Shown piece after piece: positions 49,474 through 55,652 of a stretch of DNA of 55,652 nucleotides; positions within the stretch are counted from its first letter, which is position 1, and every line of letters starts with the position of its first letter. The notes beneath the pieces are model-generated. The model did no database searches. It was not told the origin of the DNA and saw nothing but the letters and a program-made list of their open reading frames with translations. Both the position numbers and the translations under genes were made by a program. Origin of the DNA: Bryobacteraceae bacterium (GTDB lineage Bacteria; Acidobacteriota; Terriglobia; Bryobacterales; Bryobacteraceae); contig DASXZC010000282.1 in the NCBI GenBank assembly GCA_036502165.1, positions 1 to 55,652 on the forward strand, written 5' to 3'.

Positions 49474-50328
49474 ATGGGCACACTCGTACAGCTCGCCAAG
49501 CCCGCGTCCGTGGAACCTGCGGCGATCGCGGCCAAACAGGAGCGGTTGTTCGCGATCCTGCGCGAAATGGGTGAAGTGATCGTCGCCTATTCGGGCGGCA
49601 TCGACTCCGCGTATTTGGCGTGGGCGGCTCATCAGGTGTTGGGCGATCGCGCGGTTGCGATCACTGCCGATTCGGCTTCCCTGCCCGAGTCTCACAAGCG
49701 TGACGCCGAGGAGTTCGCGCGCGAGTCCGGCTTCCGGCACGAGTACATACAGACGAACGAGTTCGACAATCCGGATTATGTGAAGAACGACGTCAATCGC
49801 TGTTTTCACTGTAAGGACGAGTTGTTCACGCAGCTCGAGGCATTGGGTGCTGAGCGCGGGGTTGCGCATATTATCTACGGTGTCAATCAGGACGATTTGG
49901 GCGATTATCGCCCCGGGCAACGGGCGGCGAAGCTGCACGATGTGAAGGCTCCGCTGGTGGAGGCGGGGCTGTTCAAGGCCGAGATCCGCGCGCTGGCGCG
50001 TGCGGCGGGATTGAAGGTATGGGATCGTCCCGCGTCGGCGTGCCTGAGTTCGAGGATCCCGTATGGGACGGCGGTGACTCCGGAAGTGGTGAAGACGGTC
50101 GAGGACGGCGAGGAAGCGGTGAAGGCGCTGGGATTCCGGCAGTTCAGGGTGCGGTTTCATGGCGACCTGGTGCGGCTCGAAATCGACAAGGCGGAGTTGC
50201 CGCGGGCGCTGTCGGTTGAGATGGCGGGCCAGTTCACGGCGATCTTCAAGGCGCTCGGATTCCACTACGTGACGATTGATCTCGAAGGTTATCGGCAAGG
50301 ATCGCTGAACGTCGGCATCGCTCACTGA
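49474..50328 (+). CDS. larE: ATP-dependent sacrificial sulfur transferase LarE
   Basis: AYSGGIDS, RCFHCK, DD..DYRPG, ACLSSRIPYG and GYRQGSLN. Confidence 0.9.
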   Translation: MGTLVQLAKPASVEPAAIAAKQERLFAILREMGEVIVAYSGGIDSAYLAWAAHQVLGDRAVAITADSASLPESHKRDAEEFARESGFRHEYIQTNEFDNPDYVKNDVNRCFHCKDELFTQLEALGAERGVAHIIYGVNQDDLGDYRPGQRAAKLHDVKAPLVEAGLFKAEIRALARAAGLKVWDRPASACLSSRIPYGTAVTPEVVKTVEDGEEAVKALGFRQFRVRFHGDLVRLEIDKAELPRALSVEMAGQFTAIFKALGFHYVTIDLEGYRQGSLNVGIAH

Positions 50329-50405
50329 GCGCCGGTCAAAAGTTGGATAATGGAGAGGAAGGCGTCCCCCTCCTCCCCCTGGCGCTGAGTGAGCTTCCCA
50401 AAGCG

Positions 50406-53400
50406 ATGACCAACACGCCCTTCGTCCATCTACACTGCCACACTGATTATTCGCTTCTCGACGGCGCCTGCGAGATCTCGCAGATGATGGAAGTCGTCGC
50501 CAAACAGGAGATGCCCGCCGTCGCGATGACGGACCACGGCAACTTGTTCGGGGCGGTCGAATTCTACAAAGCCGCGAAGGGTGCCGGGGTGCATCCGGTG
50601 ATTGGCTGCGAGGTCTACGTCGCGCAACAGGGGCACAAGAACAAGGCGGAATCGAATCGCTACAATCACCTCGTTCTGTTGTGCCAGGACCAGGAAGGCT
50701 ACAAGAATCTCACGCGCCTGGTGTCGACCGGATACCTCGACGGCTTCTATTACAAGCCGCGCGTCGATAAGGATCTGCTCGCGCAGCATTCGAAGGGGCT
50801 TGTCTGCCTTTCGGCCTGCCTGCGCGGGGACATCAACGAACATCTCATCGCCGGCAAATATGAGGACGCGCGCCGCACCGCCTACGAATATCAGGACATT
50901 TACGGCAAGGACAATTTCTTCCTCGAGATTCAGGAGCACGGCCTCGACCAGGACAAGATCGTAACGCCGCTGCTGGCGCGGCTTTCGCGCGACACGGGAT
51001 CGCCGCTGGTGGCGACCAACGACGCTCATTACCTGAGGAAAACCAGCGCTCACGCCCACGAAATCATGTTGTGCATCCAGACCGGCAAGACGGTTTCGGA
51101 TGCGAATCGCATGAAGTTCAATGCGCCTGAGTACTATCTCAAAACCAAGCAGGAAATGCTGGCGCTGTTCCCTGATTTCGAAGAGGCGCTCGATCGCGCG
51201 TACGACATTTCGCAGCGCTGCCATGTGAAGCTCGAGCCGGTCAAGGATCCGTTCCCGAAATTCGATGTGCCGCCGGGCGAGTCGACTGACACGTACTTCG
51301 CGCATGTCGCGCGCGAAGGATTCGAACAACGGCGCGGGCGGCTCGAAGCGATGGCCGCGCAGGGGATGCTGAAGAATCCGCTGGAGGTTTATGTCGAGCG
51401 GCTGGAGCGTGAGATCTCGATCATCCAGCAGATGAAGTTCTCGGGCTACTTCCTGATCGTGTGGGATTTCATACGCTACGCGAAATCGGCGGGGATTCCG
51501 GTGGGTCCGGGACGCGGTTCGGCGGCGGGTTCGCTGGTGAGCTTCGCGATGCGGATCACCGACATCGATCCGATGCAATATGGACTGCTGTTCGAGCGAT
51601 TCCTCAATCCCGAGCGCATCTCGATGCCTGACATCGACATCGATTTCTGCACGCATCGACGGGGTGAGGTGATCCAATACGTCACTGAGAAATACGGCCG
51701 CGAGCAGGTCGCGCAGATCATTACGTTTGGAACGCTCGGCGCGCGCGCGGCGTTGAAGGACGTCGGACGGGTGCTTGAAATCGGCTTCGGTGAAGTCGAC
51801 AAAATCACCAAGTTGATTCCCTCGCAGCCGCTCAATATCAAGCTGAAACAGGCCCTCGATATGGAGCCGCAAATCGGCGAGATGTGCAAGGCCGATGCGC
51901 GGGTGAAGGAGATCCTCGACGTTTCGCTGCAGCTCGAGGGGATGGCGCGTAATGCGTCAGTCCACGCCGCGGGAGTCGTGATTTCGCCGCAGCCGCTCAA
52001 AGAGCTCGTCCCGCTGTATAAAACAAACCGGGATGAAATTGTTACGCAGTATGACATGTCCGGGATCGAGAAGCTCGGACTTCTCAAGATGGACTTCCTC
52101 GGCCTGACGACGCTCACGATTGTCCACGACGCGCTGATTTTGATCAAGAAATACCAGGGTGTCGATATCGTGATCGAGGACATCCCGCTTACCGATCAGA
52201 AGACGTACGAACTGTTTGGCAAGGGCTTCGCGAGCGGTGTGTTCCAGTTTGAATCCGCGGGCATGAAGGACATTCTGCGCCGCTACAAGCCGGATCGCCT
52301 CGAGGATCTGTGTGCGTTGAACGCGCTCTATCGCCCGGGTCCGATGGACATGATCGACGACTTCATCGACCGCAAACACGGCCGCAAGAAAGTCGAATAC
52401 GAGATGCCCGAGCTCAAGGAGTTGCTCGAGGAGACCTATGGCGTCATGGTCTATCAAGAGCAGGTGATGCAGATCTCGAACGCGATCGCCGGCTACTCGC
52501 TCGGCGACGCCGATTTGCTGCGGCGCGCGATGGGCAAAAAGAAGCAAGAGGAGATGGACGCTCAGCGCGAACGTTTCATGCAGGGCGCGGCGGCGAAGGG
52601 CTTTAACAAGAAGAAATCCGAGCGCGTGTTCGATGCGATGGCGAAGTTCGCGGGCTATGGCTTTAACAAATCGCACTCGGCTGCATACGCATATCTCGCT
52701 TACGTGACGGCGTATTTGAAGGCCAATTATCCGGTCGAGTTCATGAGCGCGCTGCTCACGTCAGAAACGGGCAACACCGCGAAAGTCGTTAAATACATCA
52801 ATGAATGCCGCGAAATGGGCATACGCATCCTGCCTCCGGATGTGAACGAATCGGCGTTCAGCTTCACGCCGTCATCTGGCGCGATCCGCTTTGGATTGGG
52901 CGCGATCAAGAACGTCGGACAGAACGCGGTCGAAGCGGTGACGCGGGCGCGCGAGGAAGGCGGACGCTTCTCGGGCCTGTACGAATTCTGCGAACGCGTC
53001 GACCTTGGCGCCGTCAATAAGCGGACTGTCGAGAGCATGACGAAGGCCGGTGCGCTCGATTCGGTCGAAGGCACGCGATCGCAAAAGTTCGCGGTGCTTG
53101 ATGGAGCGATCGAATCCGGAGCGAAGGCGCAGCGCGACCGTTTGAGCGGCCAGGGCGGGCTGTTCGGCGATCTCATGGCTTCCGAGCCTTCGTCCGGTCA
53201 CGCGCTTCCCGCCGTTCAGGATTGGACCGATAAAGAGAAACTCGCCGCCGAGAAGGAGATGATCGGTTTCTATGTCACCGGCCATCCGCTCGATCAATTC
53301 CGCGAGAAGATTGCCGAGTTGAACACTCACTCGACGGGCACGCTCGAGGGTCTCGAAAAGGGCGTGGAAGTCAAGATCTGCGGCATCCTCACGAACGTCA

Positions 53401-53876
53401 ACGCGCGGCGGCGCAATAAGAAGAACGAGCTGTGGGCGTCGCTGGTGGTCGAGGACCTCGAGGGCGCGAGCGAGGCGATGGTGTTCGCATCCCAATATGA
53501 GCGGCTCTCGAAGCATCTCGAAGAGGATCGTGCGGTTCTGATCCGGGCGTCGATTCTGCCGGAGGAAGGGGCTCCGCCGAAGTTGTCGGTGCAGGACATC
53601 ACGCCGCTCGACAATGCGCGCGTCAATTTGCCTTCTTTGATCTCGATCAAGATCTACGTCGGCGCGACTTTGGCGGCGGCGCAGGATCGGGCGAAGGAGC
53701 TGAACCAGTTGTTTCAGCGGAAGCCCGGTGCGACGGAAGTCCGGTTGCGGCTCGAGAAGCCGCGCGATTTCAGCGTGATTATGGACGTTCCGGCGCGGGT
53801 GAGGCCGGACCGCGAGTTCCAAGCCGAAGTGAAGCGGATCTGCGGAGATGAGAGCATCGAGGTCCTGGCAAGCTGA
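50406..53876 (+). CDS. dnaE: DNA polymerase III alpha subunit
   Basis: HLHCHTDYSLLDG, GRGSAAGS, PDIDIDF, KMDFLGL and YGFNKSH. No intein evident. Confidence 0.98.
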   Translation: MTNTPFVHLHCHTDYSLLDGACEISQMMEVVAKQEMPAVAMTDHGNLFGAVEFYKAAKGAGVHPVIGCEVYVAQQGHKNKAESNRYNHLVLLCQDQEGYKNLTRLVSTGYLDGFYYKPRVDKDLLAQHSKGLVCLSACLRGDINEHLIAGKYEDARRTAYEYQDIYGKDNFFLEIQEHGLDQDKIVTPLLARLSRDTGSPLVATNDAHYLRKTSAHAHEIMLCIQTGKTVSDANRMKFNAPEYYLKTKQEMLALFPDFEEALDRAYDISQRCHVKLEPVKDPFPKFDVPPGESTDTYFAHVAREGFEQRRGRLEAMAAQGMLKNPLEVYVERLEREISIIQQMKFSGYFLIVWDFIRYAKSAGIPVGPGRGSAAGSLVSFAMRITDIDPMQYGLLFERFLNPERISMPDIDIDFCTHRRGEVIQYVTEKYGREQVAQIITFGTLGARAALKDVGRVLEIGFGEVDKITKLIPSQPLNIKLKQALDMEPQIGEMCKADARVKEILDVSLQLEGMARNASVHAAGVVISPQPLKELVPLYKTNRDEIVTQYDMSGIEKLGLLKMDFLGLTTLTIVHDALILIKKYQGVDIVIEDIPLTDQKTYELFGKGFASGVFQFESAGMKDILRRYKPDRLEDLCALNALYRPGPMDMIDDFIDRKHGRKKVEYEMPELKELLEETYGVMVYQEQVMQISNAIAGYSLGDADLLRRAMGKKKQEEMDAQRERFMQGAAAKGFNKKKSERVFDAMAKFAGYGFNKSHSAAYAYLAYVTAYLKANYPVEFMSALLTSETGNTAKVVKYINECREMGIRILPPDVNESAFSFTPSSGAIRFGLGAIKNVGQNAVEAVTRAREEGGRFSGLYEFCERVDLGAVNKRTVESMTKAGALDSVEGTRSQKFAVLDGAIESGAKAQRDRLSGQGGLFGDLMASEPSSGHALPAVQDWTDKEKLAAEKEMIGFYVTGHPLDQFREKIAELNTHSTGTLEGLEKGVEVKICGILTNVNARRRNKKNELWASLVVEDLEGASEAMVFASQYERLSKHLEEDRAVLIRASILPEEGAPPKLSVQDITPLDNARVNLPSLISIKIYVGATLAAAQDRAKELNQLFQRKPGATEVRLRLEKPRDFSVIMDVPARVRPDREFQAEVKRICGDESIEVLAS

Positions 53877-53878
53877 GC

Positions 53879-55114
53879 ATGAGAATCCTCGTGATTGGGT
53901 CTGGGGGGCGCGAGCATGCTCTCGCCTGGCGCCTAAAACAGAATGGACATGAATTGTTCTCGGCGCCTGGGAATCCGGGGATGGCTCGGGAGGGGACGGT
54001 TGTCGCGTCAACCGACTATCTGTCCGCTGCTTTGGAACTGCGTCCGGATCTGACGGTCGTTGGGCCCGAGGCTCCTCTCGTCGCTGGCGTCGTGGATGAA
54101 TTCCGCGCTAGCGGGCTTAAGATTGTTGGCCCGGACCGCGTGAATGCTCAGCTCGAGGCGAGCAAGACGTACTCGAAGCGGTTCATGAACGAAGCCGGAA
54201 TTCCGACGGCGCGATGGGCCGAAGTCGACACGTTTGAAGACGCGAAGAAGGCCGTGCGGACGTTCACGCTGCCCGCGGTCATCAAAGCCGACGGACTCGC
54301 CGCGGGCAAGGGCGTCATCATCGCGCATAGCTATTCCGAGGCCGAAGCGGCGATCGAATCGCTGGGCCCGAAGCTCGTGATCGAGGAGTTCCTTACTGGC
54401 GAGGAAGTGAGCTTCATCGCGCTCTGCGATGGACGCAGTGTGCTGCCGTTCGAGCCGACGCAGGATCACAAGGCGGTCCACGACAATGACGAAGGTCCGA
54501 ACACCGGCGGCATGGGGGCGTACTGCGACAGCCGCATCCTCACTGCGCGCGAGTCCGCGCTTGTGATGGACACCATCATGCGTCCGGCGGTTGAACGTAC
54601 GGGATTCACGGGTTTCCTGTACGCCGGTCTCATGATGACCGCCGAGGGACCGAAGACGCTCGAATTCAATGTTCGCCTGGGCGATCCGGAGACGCAAGCG
54701 CTCATGCATCGCATGGATTGCGACTTTGGCGAAGTGCTGCTCGCTTGCGCGGAGTCGCGCTTGGATACGGTTGCATTTGCATGGAGGCCCGAGCCGTCTG
54801 TTGCGGTTGTTCTTGCGGCTGACGGGTACCCGGCGAAGGTCCGCACGGGGGATGAGATCCATGGAATCGATGCTGCAGAGGCGAAGGGTGCGACGGTCTA
54901 TCAGGCCGGTACGAAGATCGACGGCGGCGGTAAGCTCGTCACTGCCGGAGGACGCGTCCTCGCTGTGACTGCGTCCGCGCCGATGCTTGCATCCTCCATC
55001 TCGAATGCGTATGCCGCTGCAGCGGAGATCCACTTCGACGGCATGCACTATCGCACCGACATTGGCCGCAAGGGCCTTCGTACCTTTGAGCGCCCCAGCC
55101 AAGCCGGCTACTGA
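53879..55114 (+). CDS. purD: Phosphoribosylamine--glycine ligase
   Basis: GSGGREHAL, KADGLAAGKGV, QDHK, GPNTGGMGAY and EFNVRLGDPE. Confidence 0.97.
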   Translation: MRILVIGSGGREHALAWRLKQNGHELFSAPGNPGMAREGTVVASTDYLSAALELRPDLTVVGPEAPLVAGVVDEFRASGLKIVGPDRVNAQLEASKTYSKRFMNEAGIPTARWAEVDTFEDAKKAVRTFTLPAVIKADGLAAGKGVIIAHSYSEAEAAIESLGPKLVIEEFLTGEEVSFIALCDGRSVLPFEPTQDHKAVHDNDEGPNTGGMGAYCDSRILTARESALVMDTIMRPAVERTGFTGFLYAGLMMTAEGPKTLEFNVRLGDPETQALMHRMDCDFGEVLLACAESRLDTVAFAWRPEPSVAVVLAADGYPAKVRTGDEIHGIDAAEAKGATVYQAGTKIDGGGKLVTAGGRVLAVTASAPMLASSISNAYAAAAEIHFDGMHYRTDIGRKGLRTFERPSQAGY

Positions 55115-55652
55115 TGATGACGACCTTCGATCTAGACGATGTCAAGGTCTGGGGGCCGAGACTGAACGATGAACTACAAATCTCGGAATTCGCCGCAGTC
55201 GTGGACCAGATCCGTTCCGTGGATCTGCAAGACGGCGAGGTAAGGCTCCGGGACCTGTTCTCGATCATTCCTCAAGAGCACTTCGTACGGACTGTCAGCT
55301 CTTGGATCGAGAAGCAAACCGTCACTGCGTATCACGGATCGAGGCTTGACGATATCGAACTTCAGAGCGTCAGGAGTTGGGGGCTAAAAGTCTTGTCCCC
55401 GACGAGCCGGCAAGAAACACTGATCAAGAAGTTCGCCCCGCACCCAGATTGGGCTTTGCGCGAGGCATATCTTATGGACGCCCTCGACAAAGCGGCAGGT
55501 AGATCGGCGGTAGGTAAGGTCCACGTAACTCTATCCTACTGGCATCTTTTGGCGTTGCATGACGTCGTCCAGAAAGGCTCTGAGTTTGATAGGAAAGTGG
55601 AGTTCGAGGTCTTTGGCAAAGGATCCGAAGAGGCGCCGCTGGTAGGTCAACA
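55114..55652 (+). CDS. Hypothetical protein, runs off the window end
   Basis: Translated by hand: ATG overlaps the purD stop (TGATG) and the frame stays open to the end (MMTTFDLDDVKVWG...AYHGSRL...). Confidence 0.7.
   Translation, partial: MMTTFDLDDVKVWGPRLNDELQISEFAAVVDQIRSVDLQDGEVRLRDLFSIIPQEHFVRTVSSWIEKQTVTAYHGSRLDDIELQSVRSWGLKVLSPTSRQETLIKKFAPHPDWALREAYLMDALDKAAGRSAVGKVHVTLSYWHLLALHDVVQKGSEFDRKVEFEVFGKGSEEAPLVGQ

Noticed and set aside
48166-50325. 719-aa minus-strand ORF as a single protein
   Set aside because: The N-terminal part is the antisense shadow of larE; only the MFS part (from about 49440) looks real.
49474-50328. larE without larA/B/C as an unusual system
   Set aside because: Dispersed lar genes are common, and partners may lie outside the window.

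Overview
High-GC bacterial chromosome segment. Gene content (ADOP permease with PadR, cytochrome c-PQQ dehydrogenase fusion, Hfq-like gene) suggests Acidobacteriota, which is an inference. It holds about 50 genes, mostly housekeeping or metabolic (thyX-like, feoAB, anmK, mutS, ribA, miaE, larE, dnaE, purD), plus tRNA-Ser(CGA) and two type II toxin-antitoxin pairs. The best candidate for a new system is the accessory block after the tRNA (about 9.1-17.4 kb). It is a split lasso-peptide (RiPP) locus: cyclase at 10198-11904, RRE at 15043-15318, protease at 15311-15685, and a 47-aa precursor at 15762-15905 that the ORF track misses. The locus is interleaved tail-to-tail with a beta-propeller sensor kinase and a NarL-type regulator, and the cyclase is coupled to a luciferase-like (DUF5519) gene. 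No exporter or isopeptidase is visible. Other leads are an AAA ATPase paired with a nuclease-FtsK fusion, an NYN RNase preceded by a three-hairpin leader RNA, a candidate ECF-driven sRNA with a CCUCC loop, widespread leaderless-type promoters, and a truncated ORF with an ADP-ribosyltransferase-like motif. All family calls come from reading motifs by eye; no searches were run.
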